The translations under genes and the position numbers were made by a program. DNA of 62,931 nt, the filler included, from Asterionella formosa (taxonomy: Eukaryota): the NCBI GenBank assembly GCA_002256025.1. It is 8 parts of 8 records of this genome, joined end to end, with 100 filler letters (N's around TTAATTAATTAA, not from the genome) between each part and the next. Parts side by side here need not be neighbours in the genome. Positions count along the whole stretch, not along the records: positions 41,606 to 60,398 come from NKIB01003944.1; positions 60,499 to 61,664 come from NKIB01003945.1; positions 61,765 to 62,931 come from NKIB01003946.1; 5 more parts are not named here. One strand, 5' to 3'. Shown piece by piece: positions 49,848-61,847 of the stretch; the first letter of the stretch is position 1; every line of letters begins with the position of its first letter. The notes beneath the pieces were generated by a model, which was not told the origin of the DNA, made no database searches, and was given only the letters and a program-made list of their open reading frames with translations.

Positions 49848-52067
49848 TCACAAATGATCCTCAAGATCAATGACAAGTAAGCCATCTGTGGTATGACTTC
49901 GCCCCCCACCTAAAAGATTACCTGTTTTGGTATTCACTACCAGGAAACGTTCGTTGCAAGTCATGTATGTTGATTCGAAATATTCGAAGCCTCCCAAACC
50001 AATATGACGGATGCGGTTGACAAAGCGGATTCGACCTGGTATTGTAAAATTTTCGACTCCAGCGCTACCATCATTTTTTGTCTCAAACATGTCTAGGTCT
50101 TCCCAAGTAGTTAAGACGTGGTAGACTAGGATGACCATGCCAATATGATCTTGTCCAAAAACTACGAGGCGACGGCCATCATAGTTAATACAGGGTTTTC
50201 GCCTTGAACAAAGTGGAAGTTTGACCCTGGAGCAAATTCCAAAATTTCCTTGTGGAAAACTCTTCCAAAGCAGTAATGTTGAAGACTCCCCGTGTTTGTG
50301 TTGAAGAGTAACAAAACCTGTCTTGTTGAGTGAGAGATGTGACGGATAATGAAATGAAGTGATACCAGTGGCAATGGTCATGACAGGAATGGTGTTGTCG
50401 TCGTCATCATCTTCGACAACATGAATGTATTCAACAGCGTTTTCATTAACGAAATTCCTTGGAGACACAAAGAATTCAGAAGAATCTGGTGCGATGGGTG
50501 GCTCAGAGGATTCCTGCGGTGGCCCTTCCGTACCGAGTAGATGTGAATCAACGCGTACGTTTGACATTGGACTTGCAGCTTCCATCATGCGAAGGGAGCT
50601 ATCTCGACTTTTCATGGCATTATCAACAAGCTGATGAACATACATGATATTCAGCAAAGCGGCTCCTGGCTCGGCCTGTGTCGTCCAAGATTCAATAGTT
50701 CCTCCCTTGGTTCCGACCAAGATAGTTACACCTGAGGGATCAATTACAATAGTTGACACCGAATGACAGCATCGCATGGAGAATAATGGCTGTGGAAAGT
50801 ACCTTGGACCGACAATGACATCTTCGTTATTATCTACTGGATAGTCTAATAGTGGGTAGCAAACAACCACTCGTCCTCCTCCTTCGAAGTCCATGGAGTC
50901 TGTCTCCTCATCTTGTATTTCTACATCAAAACGTCGAAATGGTCCTTCTCCAAATGGAAAGACGACATATAGTCGATTGAATTGAGGACATATCTCCAAA
51001 CAATGATATGAGCTCCGGAGGCGACATACAAAACGTTCGTCAAAACATCCTGTTGTGCCAATTCGTTTCCAACAAATCATTTCTGTGCACACCTGCGAAT
51101 CCCCCCATCCTTCGTTGTCCGACACCAAAGACCTTCCGACTGACACCATGGTTCCTTCAATTTCATGGCTATTTCCAAGAATAGACTTGCATTCAATCCC
51201 AATATAATCAATATCAACTTCGTCATCTTCACCTAATATCAATTCATGTTCACCTTCTCGTCGCTGATTCTTGTTCGCCAGCACGAAGTAATCACTCAAA
51301 TCAATTTGATGGTAATCTTCCACGTCAATTAAGAATTGAGTTGGTGGCTTGGTATATTGTTCTATGTGGTCGCTTTGGTAAATTTCATCAATCACACCTT
51401 CCCCAACAATGTCTTCGTCGTCTCCACGATCCAATCCGAGTTCGTTGGCTTTCTGTGAAAGCTCAGAAGCATCCATCACTGCTTGTTCCATGATGAGTTC
51501 ATTAGGACGCACTGCGTTTTCTGTGCAACATCCTCGAATCACCAATGATCCGAAAAAGGGGTCTAGGAAAATTATTTCTCCAGAGACACCAGGATTCGTG
51601 AGTACAAACGACGAGCAGTCAAAGTATACCGGAGGTGCCATTTCCTCGTCCCAAATCGAATCATCGTCGTCGACAGGAGGAGTCACGGGTACAAAGAGGA
51701 AGTGTCTATCGGGTAGATTGAAGCAACCTCGACGAGCAGCTCTTGATTTCTTTGAATTGCCGCTCAGATTAAGAAAGAGCTTGCATCGTTCCATACATGC
51801 TTCTGCAAAGTCCACTTGCTTGTCAGCAGTCTCGTCCAGTGGTACAAAACCATGGCGAGTAAAGATGCTGCGCCACACATGTTGATATGCTTGGTTCACT
51901 TCTCCTTCCTTGCTGGAAGGAATCATTCTATGTCTCAAAGCGTTGGCAGTCAAACGTGAAAAAGTCATTGCCGATTTGAAATCCAGAAAGCATAGCATGT
52001 GTGCAAGAGTATTGTCACACAACACATCAAACGCAGTGTTGTTTATTTTTGGCGGGCTCATCGCCAT
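49848..52067 (-). CDS. F-box-like protein with a probable beta-propeller C-terminus
   Basis: FDVLCDNTLAHMLCFLDFKSAMTFSRL...VWRSIF is F-box-like, and ILVGTKGGTIESW is WD-like. First ATG at 52067. Confidence 0.65.
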   Translation of the reverse strand: MAMSPPKINNTAFDVLCDNTLAHMLCFLDFKSAMTFSRLTANALRHRMIPSSKEGEVNQAYQHVWRSIFTRHGFVPLDETADKQVDFAEACMERCKLFLNLSGNSKKSRAARRGCFNLPDRHFLFVPVTPPVDDDDSIWDEEMAPPVYFDCSSFVLTNPGVSGEIIFLDPFFGSLVIRGCCTENAVRPNELIMEQAVMDASELSQKANELGLDRGDDEDIVGEGVIDEIYQSDHIEQYTKPPTQFLIDVEDYHQIDLSDYFVLANKNQRREGEHELILGEDDEVDIDYIGIECKSILGNSHEIEGTMVSVGRSLVSDNEGWGDSQVCTEMICWKRIGTTGCFDERFVCRLRSSYHCLEICPQFNRLYVVFPFGEGPFRRFDVEIQDEETDSMDFEGGGRVVVCYPLLDYPVDNNEDVIVGPRYFPQPLFSMRCCHSVSTIVIDPSGVTILVGTKGGTIESWTTQAEPGAALLNIMYVHQLVDNAMKSRDSSLRMMEAASPMSNVRVDSHLLGTEGPPQESSEPPIAPDSSEFFVSPRNFVNENAVEYIHVVEDDDDDNTIPVMTIATGITSFHYPSHLSLNKTGFVTLQHKHGESSTLLLWKSFPQGNFGICSRVKLPLCSRRKPCINYDGRRLVVFGQDHIGMVILVYHVLTTWEDLDMFETKNDGSAGVENFTIPGRIRFVNRIRHIGLGGFEYFESTYMTCNERFLVVNTKTGNLLGGGRSHTTDGLLVIDLEDHL

Positions 52068-52529
52068 GGTAAATTTGGTGAGGTGATGAAAGGTGGGGCA
52101 GTGGAATAACAACTGCTCTTCTTGGATACTAGTAGTCTATCACTTTCAATGACTATAGGTTTTGTTCGTGTTCGTTTTGTCAAACAGAACTTCATCAGAA
52201 ACACGAACGAGATTCTCGATGGTGAATCCGTTGTTCTGTGCATATAAAGGATGTTTGATTTGTTTGAAGATCTTACCTGGTACCGCCGATACCAGGTCGG
52301 TACAGTAGTATCAATTGGTATGTAGCCGTGCGTATGTATGATCTTCATTTACCTGTAAGAGGAGGAACAACAAGGATGGATGACGTCATTCCCGTGCTCA
52401 GAAAAGGCTTACCGGGTACTAAATTTACCGGTATGTACTTAGCAACACATGTTGGAGTATAAATCAAAATTAAACTGTTTTCCGGTAGTAGGAGTACCGG
52501 CATGCATTAATTAATTACTTTTCAACACT

Positions 52530-53733
52530 GGGCGCGCTCTCATAATAAAAAATCATTATATCATGTGTGTATTATCACACAAATTATTCTGGTGATCTGC
52601 TACGTAATATCGTCCTTGCGCTCTGATAATAGAGATATTTTAGATTACTTCTCTGACATTATATATTTTTTAACTTTAATTTTCAACAGTTAAATTTTCA
52701 TATCGATGCATCCTCTTGTATACTATGCCGCCTCTTGTTCATTATATGCATGAGTTCTATATATTCATCATCGTCGGTCACTGACCATGTCGACTTTCAT
52801 CTCATCTCCTGATGATGATGATGATGACATTATGATCACATTGCTACTGATAGCAATGTGCTATCCACCAGTAAATAGAACGCAATCGTTCAGGGAAAGT
52901 TTGACTGTTGATGAGGTCAGAAGAAGTGGCAAAATCCGTTGCCACGCACTACAGCATCAGTAGAAATGGCTTCCAGCAATGAGAGAATCTCATTGATCCT
53001 GAACTGTTGACCCTGACTCTGCATACTTTGGCGAGCTCTTGGAAATGTTGGTGCTCGCCTGGCAGTTCCCATTCTTGAAACTGAACTAGTAGGAGCACGT
53101 GAAAAATCGTTGTTGGTCCTTGATGGGGACTGAGTAACCCCAGGAACACCAATCTGAGAAACACCTGGGACACCTATCATACTGTCCTCATCGTCACTGG
53201 CAAACTCATCAGCACCAGTGTCATCTTCATTCTTGTTGTTGTCCTCCTCCTCTTCTTCTGGTTGAGTCTGTTGTTGTTCTTGTTGGTGACGGCGACGGCG
53301 ATGTTCAAGCAGCCTTGGAGAGGAAGGGAAGCCCTCCCTGGCTGCTCTCCTTTGACCAGGAGAAGATGAAGACATCATGGTCGAAATCTAAAAGCGATGA
53401 CAATCGTTGTATTGAGGAGGTTGATTGATATGTAACGATATGCATATGTATACTAAGCATACCCATTTTGGCAAGAGCAAGCCATTTTGAGTATGAGCAA
53501 GCAGCCAAGTCTTGAAATATTCCGGGAAATTCTATATAGTAATTCATGCCTAAACATCTTTTTATATAATGCTCGGTTATTTATAACTGTAAAAAATTTG
53601 TGTTTCGAGGTGCTTACCAGGTTTACGAAATTTGGTCAACACAAACACACATTTTGGGGTTATGGGTACAACGATTTGTGTTATAATACACAATACACAT
53701 GATATAATAATTTTTTATTATCAGAGCGCGCCC
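52530..53733 (+). mobile_element. Pangu-like transposon copy 3, different internal deletion, both TIRs intact
   Basis: About 55-bp imperfect TIRs GGGCGCGCTCT.ATAATAAAAAAT... and flanks ACT/ACA. Deletion junction near 52958. The ORF2 stub ends GQQFRINEILSLLEAI (Myb-like start). Confidence 0.92.
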
Positions 53734-54122
53734 ACAACTATGAAATATGATCGATGGAGTGTACTATAATTTATTATACTGTATTACAAAAATTGTACCT
53801 GGTACCAGGGTACCAGATGTAGGATATCTAGCCCTGGTTCTAGTTTGTACGTAGACCGGTAATAGGTCTTGCTGTGTCTGCGGCAGAGATGTGACTACAT
53901 ACCACTACCGTATACCGGTCCCAGGTGTTAAATAGAATAATGTCATACATGATGCATCAAAGGTAATCGGCCGGTATACCGTATTTTTATTCTATAGAAA
54001 AGGATTTGGCAACCATCATTACAACATCTTCTTCATCTGCTAAAGAATCCATCGATGTTCCAAAGTCCACCCGCCACTGTCTTCTGCTTTCCAGAGAAGG
54101 AAAAACCCAATTTTTCACTGAG

Positions 54123-56343
54123 ATGGACGGATTCGACGCTTGGGGTGATGAGGTGAGTATTTGTATTTGTGACACCTCTAAAGATACCGGTACAAGAACT
54201 TATAAAATCCAGTTTCAAACAACCGTAACAGTACCGGTACCGGTACCGGTACTACAAGTGAGATAAAGTATGCATGTCAAGTTTCAGCGTTTTATTTACT
54301 TCTTGAATTTATTTATTGTAGCCTGATTGGGCAAATGAAGACACAGAAAACAAGGAAGAAGCAGAAGAAGGAGGAGCTTTTGGAGCGGAACATGTCATGG
54401 TCTTAATTGACTCTGCCAGGCAAATGTATATTCCTTCCATTGCATTTCAGGATGCCATCATCACACCCATGAACGCTGCCATTCAAGTGTGCGAGTCGAT
54501 GCTCAGACAAAAGGTCAGTCATGTGGCTATTAGCAAGATTGGAAAACGAGATGGAATCGGAGTAATGCTATATGGCCAAAAGGAAATCGCTCAAGAGTCT
54601 GACGAGGACGATGTTGAAAGTGACATCGAGGAGTCTCCGACAGAACATCTATCCTCGAAGAACGCACCTTTCAAAGTGATACTTTCACTTGCACCTCCTG
54701 GGATTCAACAACTTAAGAACATGAGAGCTTGCCTAGTTGGTTCAACTCTTAGTCATGATCTGCAAAAGTACTGTCCTGACGACGACTACGACGACAGTAG
54801 TCGTCCTCTTCGCTCTGCTCTTCATGAAGCCTCCAAGATTTTTGCAAGTGCCAAATGCGTAAAGAGAAAAACACTCTCCGACAAGTCGAAACCTGATTCA
54901 AAAAATCTTTGGATATTTACTTGTCGTGATACACCTTGTCAGAATCTGGAGGAGGAACGCCAGCACTTGCTGATTGCAGCCAAGGATGCACAAGATAATG
55001 GCATCGATATTCAAGTGTGGCCATTTTCAAATGAATTTGATGCTTCCATTTTTTATAAAGAAATTCTATCGGCCCCACCTCCAGATGACTTTTCCTTTGG
55101 GGAAATGCTAGAAAATATGCAACAACAATGGAACAAGATTCGGAAAGTCATGTCCATTCCGCTACTTATGCAGAATCATCTTCCAGATTGTCCGGGAATT
55201 ATGCTAGATTTCTTCCGGACTGTCGTGCCTCAGAGAAGACCCATGCCTGTGTGGATCACCCAAACGACAAAAAAGTGAGAACTTATGTTAACAGGTTTGC
55301 CCATATTAGCATTTGTTCTCACCATGGCCTCGTCCAGAATGACAGAAAAGGTTACGCAAGTGATCGCTATGGAAACAGGGGAAATTTTGAGAACCACGGG
55401 AAGTAGCGAACCTTCAAAACCAATTCCTTCGGATCTTATATTTACATATACTGAGTTTGGAGGGGAGCGCGTTCCCCTCACACCGACTGACATTGCCGAT
55501 ATCAAAAGGGCTTCGAATTCCGGCCAAGAGATTGCTTCTGTCGCTCTCCGTGGGTTCAAACCTATGTCGGCTCTTCCTATCACGCATATTCTAGAAAAGT
55601 CTTTTTTTTGCTATCCCAATGATAATGCCATCAAAGGCTCGACTGAAGCGTTCGCCAATTTGCATGGATCCATGCTACGAAAACAGGTGGTTCTAATTGG
55701 CGAATTGCTGACAAGAGTCACTGCCACCTCTCGATTGGTTGCACTTATTCCCCAATCTGAAGGGAAGGATAGTGATGGAGATCAAGTTCTGGCTCCTGGG
55801 ATGATAGTTATCACTTTGCCTTTCGAAGACGACGTTCGCGGGATGGAAATCGATGCTGAAGGAATAATGACGTCGGAGTTGTTGGAGCAAGCAAAGGGGC
55901 TTATTCGAGGCCAGAAATTGTCGTCCGTGGAATTCGGAGCAAATTTTGAGAACGCAGCACTCAAGCGTTTCTGGACTTACATTGAGTCGGTTGCATTGGG
56001 GACCAACTTGCAAGACAGAGAACATTACGACACCGACATTGACGACGACCGACTTCGTGCGATGCTCGGAGAAAACATAGCTGGTTTTCTGAATGAGCTC
56101 CCGGATGATATGATGGAATCAAGAGAGAAGGTAGGATCTCGAAAGAGGAAGGTGCTAGAAGCTGACGAATCAGGATGCGATTGGGTGCAGCTTTACACAA
56201 CTAATTCTTTACCAGAATGCAAAGTGGACGAATTGAAGCAATACCTTCGATCGGTAGGAGCTCGAGTGAGTGGGAAAAAGGACGAGCTTGTGCTAAGAGT
56301 TTCGCAGTCAATAGGAGATCGCGTTGGGAAGGGAGAGTTATGA
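54123..56343 (+). CDS. KU70: Ku70 (NHEJ DNA end-binding); exons 54123-54152, 54322-55274 and 55338-56343
   Basis: vWA N-terminus (VMVLIDS, DGIGVMLYG, LWIFT), Ku core (LRGFKP, YP...IKGSTEAF..L, LPFEDDVR, FENAAL) and a C-terminal SAP domain. Both GT-AG introns keep the frame. Confidence 0.93.
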
Positions 56344-56390
56344 ATAAATCCCTTTACGAATGATTAACTTTTACATTTATTTTTCATTAA

Positions 56391-59300
56391 CTAAACTGAG
56401 CGCTCATCCTCGGGGAAATCAGGGTGTTTTAGAATGCTACGATGGGATTTCTTTGGCGTGCTGTCTGGAGTTAAACCAAGAGCTTTCTCTGTTTCGGATA
56501 GAGTTGCCAGTATACTATTCCACATACCCGTCGCTTCCGCTGGGGGATTTCTCTGAGGAGTGTGAGCTTGAGATGGCTGACACGCGGCATCTTCATGCTC
56601 TAACTTTTTGTCATCATCTATGTAAACTGACGAGGAGTCAATAGACCAATCATCATGGGATGACATCGGATTGCTTGCACGCTCAATATCGTCGATCTTC
56701 TTTTCTTCCTCTACATGTGGAAGTGGCGGTGGATCAGATTTTCCAAACATAGAATTGAATGGTGGAAGGTAGGAGCAACCATCGTTGTCATTGTCGGAAT
56801 GATCGCGTCTGCCATTACGATCATTGCTCCCACTGCTGCTCCCACTATGCTCGCTAGAGGTGCTAGTTCCACCTGAATCACTATCATTGTCGTCCTTGTT
56901 GTCACCCCGAGGTTGGGGAGGGCGTGACTCTGTATTTGCTCGGCCAAACATTGACGCAAGTGTGGTGGAAAGGAATCCAGAAGCATCATTGTTTACTTCC
57001 TCGTCGTCTGATTCGGCATCGAAAATAGATGAGAGCACTCTTGGCAGGAATTCCTCCTCTTCCTGATATTCAATATTGTCGCTTTCGTCACTTTCGATTG
57101 AAATTTCACCGTCTTCCTCGTCAATCCGCCTTGGCAGAAACTCCTTGTCCTGTTGATGGTCACTTCCATCGCTTTCGATTGAAACGTTCCCGTCATCGTT
57201 TTCAATAACTGTAATAGGTGAGGTTGCATCCACAATGGTATTCACTGTGGAAGCAATTTCTGTAACATCTTCATTTTCCGTCTCTTCAATAGAAGCGAGC
57301 GTCGACGGAGTTGTAGGTAACGGAGACCTGTTCGGGGATGATTTGAGCTTAGATGCAGACTTGCGAATCGGTGACATTTGCTCGATTTCAGCAAGCACGG
57401 ATGCCGCGCTTGTTTTGCAAAAGTCTTCGTATTCTCTTCGTTGATATTGTTCAGTTGGTTTCTCCACCACATCCTCAGCTGAACCGGGAGCAAAATCACG
57501 AGCAATTTCTTTCGTTTTGTGTTGTCTCATAATAAATAGGCTCGCAAGCCCAACAATAAGAGCGACCGAAGCTGCAATAACAACAGTCATAATGATAGTG
57601 GTTGATTGATTTCTTCCAGATGGTCCGCTGTTCTGTGCACTTGCTGAGCTGACTCCCCCATTTGACTTCTGGGAACCACCGTTAGCAGAAGGGGCAAACG
57701 AAGGCGTAGTAATAGCACTAGCAGAAGCCACAGGCCCGATACTGGAAGGATATTTTGAACCTTCAGTCGTACTAGCAGGTGGTGAAGTTGATCGATCGAC
57801 ACTCGGAGCAATGGTCTTAACGGCACTCGCATTACCTGCCCCAAATGGCATCTGGCTTCTCAATTTTGAGGGAGCAATGGTCGGCTTCTGTGTCACTGGC
57901 TTTGAAGTTGTTGTTGACGACGTCGTTGATAAGGTGGGTGATAAAGTCGGTGACACAGTAGGTACTACGGTTGGCACAGTAGTTGCAAAATCGGCAACTT
58001 GCAAAGCCACAACCCTTCCAAAGATATCACCATAGTAAACAATGTTGCCGTTTGCAGATATACTGAACTCTGCTTCCACGCCGTCCTGACAACCAGCGAC
58101 TCCAGTGACATTTGAGCAATCAAAAACCCAATTTCTAGTCCCATTGATGGCGTTGTGTTGACGAAGGTTTCCATTCAATGCTTCGATTGCATACACCACG
58201 GAATTAGATCCAACAATCTCGCTGACTCGCGGTTCGGACATGTATGTACTACGACCTTCGGTGTCGGTCCACACGAGTTCACCAGTTCCCGAATCATAGC
58301 ACAAGAGGTCATACGAGTTCCCTGTTACAAATAGGAGACCCTCATTGGATGCAACCGGAGCATTGATCAGAGCTGTATTTGAAGCAATTAGTAAGTAAGC
58401 AGGGGTCGTTGACGAAGTGCTTTTCATGTAACGTAAAAAGAACTGTGTGAAACTTACGTTGCGAAACGTTCCTCTCTGTTGGCTGGACGTTTTTTCTCCA
58501 TGTTGGCAACTCTTCTTGACTTCCGCCATCTATGATCCATGCTGCCAACCTTGACTCGTGTCCACCCATCCACATACTAGTATTCAAGAAGGCAGGTTTA
58601 GTCACAGACGTAAAAGTCGAGTTGCTGAAGGATTTCACTTCCAATCCGCTACTGTTTTGGCTCTGCACCAACATGAAGATAGTTCCTCCACTTGATGCGT
58701 AACCGTCACTACTGCTATCCGCCCACATGACCAAATCGGATCCATCAGTGCCGACAGTGTTAGCCAATGGTCCATATGGCCCAATGCGATCGGCTTCTTG
58801 CAATTCGCTGTACAAGACCACCCCCTTGCTGCCTAAAATCACGGTTATGAAGCCCTCATAGTCGCCACTGGAGTTGCGAATATTATGTGATACATAAATA
58901 TTGGTACCATCCACCCCAATAACGGGTGTCCCTACAACATATCCCGATAGGGAAACGAGCCATTTGAGTGTACCGTCGGGGTTAACTGCCACAATTCGAC
59001 TGCAAGGGCACACAACGTGCAAAGCGTTGATGAGCAAAAGTTTATATTGTTTCTGGTGCATCGCATGTTCCATACATTGTTCCTTACCTTGTCGCTTCAC
59101 CACCAGTACCTACGGACCCATCAGCAGCAACAAACGCTGTTCCTGCTGGGACATCAATAACAGCGTACACTGCAATGCCAGATGGACTAAATGCAACACC
59201 GCTTCGACACTCGGTGAACGAAGAGGCGACCGCGGGCGGTTGAAACACAAAGGATTCTTCAGGGTAAATGATGTGAAGACTGCCGTCGTCTGAAGTCGCG

Positions 59301-59509
59301 TAGACGGCATTGGTGTCGTCGTAGAAAGAAACCGAGTTGCCTTTTCGAAAGGATGGCCCTCCCAGTTGTCCTGATCCTGGGATTAGATAAGTCCAGATGA
59401 GCTTGGGCTGTGCAAGGAAGCTTGCATGTACAACTGATGCTTGGTTGCAAGAGATGAAGAGGAGTATCGATAGAACGACACTTGTTTGAAAGTGCAACAT
59501 GGTGCTCAT
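56391..59509 (-). CDS. Type I membrane protein: signal peptide, PQQ-like beta-propeller, S/T/P stalk, TM helix, acidic tail; exons 59509-59088, 58999-58458 and 58372-56391
   Basis: Repeats AVNPDGTLKW, YDSGTGELVW and AINGTRNW. TM helix IIMTVVIAASVALIVGLASLFIM. Two frame-preserving GTAAG...CAG introns. Confidence 0.85.
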
Positions 59510-60498
59510 TCCAGCTGATGATTGTAATCAAGACTCGAAGCTGGAAGGATACCTTCTTGATTCCTTGACAGTGTTCCGCAGTTGTTTTATCAATCGAGTT
59601 ATCACCAGAGGCGCTGTTCTCACAGATGAACTCAAGGGATCAATCTTACTAAACTGGATGGATGCAGCAAACGGAATGGATATAATGCGCAAGTATGCCA
59701 GGAAAGTAATCTATACTTGGTCAGGGTGAGGTTTTGGTGAAACTATCGCAGACGAATCATTCTTGCATAATAACACCACTCTCATAAAATGCTATGTATC
59801 TTATGATAAATATTACTCGTATACATATTTCAGTAGTAGATTATTTCATTCTCATCGTGTTAAAAATATCGGCGGCAAATTTTTGCCAGCCGTCGGGCCT
59901 GGCGCTTTGGATTGGGACTCCCTCCGACCGGACATCCAAATAATGTTGGTCTGCACAATATATGATACTCGGAAAACATTTTATTTATGTACCAGTTACC
60001 CAGGTACCTCTGTGGTGTCAATTCTGGTTGTTGCTGGTCATCAATAATTCCAAGCTAACCGCCAATTCAACGCCTGTTTACTTTCAAACTAACCCGGAGA
60101 TAAATAATCTAGAGATTGAAAAACGTGGTATGTACAGTACCAGGTACCAGCAATCCCCACCCTCTACGGGGATGTTCATAATATCGTCTTGCTTTTTCTA
60201 TGACAGCTGTGGGTTTCTGAGTAATTTTGGTATCTCTAAGTACTTTTTTTTTGGGGCAATATAGGGGCAGAGTAGATAATTCGGCAGTCCAATTTTAGGT
60301 TTGAGCAGGAACCATTGAGCAACATCAGGAGTTTAGAAATATATTCATCATCAGCCACATCAAAAATGGATAGAGCCCTGAATAGTAATATGCATGATNN
60401 NNNNNNNNNNNNNNNNNNNNNNNNNNNNNNNNNNNNNNNNNNTTAATTAATTAANNNNNNNNNNNNNNNNNNNNNNNNNNNNNNNNNNNNNNNNNNNN

Positions 60499-60620
60499 TG
60501 GTTGCTCATGGGGATGTCTTGCAAATCACGCAAACGGCGTTTGCGAAAATGGATGGGTCGAAGCACCGGACGTTGCAGCATTTGGAGACTGCCACATTAC
60601 GACCTTTGACATTAGTTTGA
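60499..60620 (+). CDS. 3' end of a histidine phosphatase (phosphoglycerate mutase family) gene
   Basis: VAHGDVLQITQTAF...HRTLQHLETATLRPL*. Not in the ORF track. Confidence 0.75.
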
Positions 60621-61551
60621 TGTTTATCTCAAGTTGTAGAACTAAAATGCATGTCACTGAGTCCTAGGTGCCCCCATGTAATAGTTGCTAGCAGTATTTG
60701 CCAATCTAATAGTATAATAGATTCTCATGTATAGCTGAATGGGGTTTCATTTTGCGCAATGTGGTGCAGCTCTAGTTCTTATTTTAGTTGTAAATGTAGT
60801 AGTTATAACAATTACCAATACTGATGATAGCAATTCGTTATTATCGGAAATATTGAGAAGGCTATGTTGTAGCTAAATAAACAAGTGAAACGGAGAGCAC
60901 CCATCATGGCTATGTATGACAATTCAGTGGCTAAATCATGATGGTCGGGTGCTGGTACCTGGTACCAGGTAGTCTTGATTTGTCGTTGTAATGTGGTCAA
61001 ATTAATCACCATGTTCAAGCTGGACCACCTGAATCATCATCATGATGATGGCTCTGACTCGCCACACAGCAAGTATCTGGTATGGTGGCGATGATGATGC
61101 TGTTGCTTCCAAAAAGATTAGAAATATGTAGCATGAACGTTATATTTAGGTTTTCGTGGGGCGCCAGACAGTGCTCCCTCCACCGACAGAGTGATGCATG
61201 GCATATTCTCGTCGCACCGCAAAATATCATGTCATATTTATATATTATTCATACATGAATATAATATTTAGCCTAGAAAGAACAAAGATTGTTATTGCTT
61301 TTGCATTTTGTATATCGACTGTACGGCACAGCAGCCAGCATGAGCTGGCTCCGTGGTTTTCCTCTTGTGTACCAGGTACCAGGTACCCTGGGTCTGCCAC
61401 CGGCGGCGGAAAATTAATTAGCTCTAGACTACCGGTATTTATATCGGTAGCAGCATTTGTTCGTGCAAATTTTTTGGCCGGGGATATGATTGCTTGTTGT
61501 CTGCAATCCATCCCATCGTCATACTAGCCATCGAACTGCTCATCATTGATC

Positions 61552-61664
61552 ATGGGGAAATCAGCACGAGCACTGGATGAATCGACTACGGCCTCCGCCA
61601 CTGACGAAACGACTGACAATGTGCGCCCGACAAGATCTCGTGTTTCGAAGCTGGTCGAAAAGAT
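61552..61664 (+). CDS. Possible 5' end of an unknown gene
   Basis: MGKSARALDESTTASATDE... is open to the contig end and lies downstream of a GTAC motif cluster. Confidence 0.35.
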
Positions 61665-61847
61665 NNNNNNNNNNNNNNNNNNNNNNNNNNNNNNNNNNNN
61701 NNNNNNNNTTAATTAATTAANNNNNNNNNNNNNNNNNNNNNNNNNNNNNNNNNNNNNNNNNNNNATCTAGTGATAAAGTATATGCAAATGTACTACTAGT
61801 ATATGGTAATTATTTAATTAAATAGAAAGAATGTGACAAATGAACAT

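Noticed and set aside
54397..56343. Split or frameshifted Ku70, bestrophin and beta-propeller genes
   Set aside because: Canonical GT-AG introns join the ORFs in frame.
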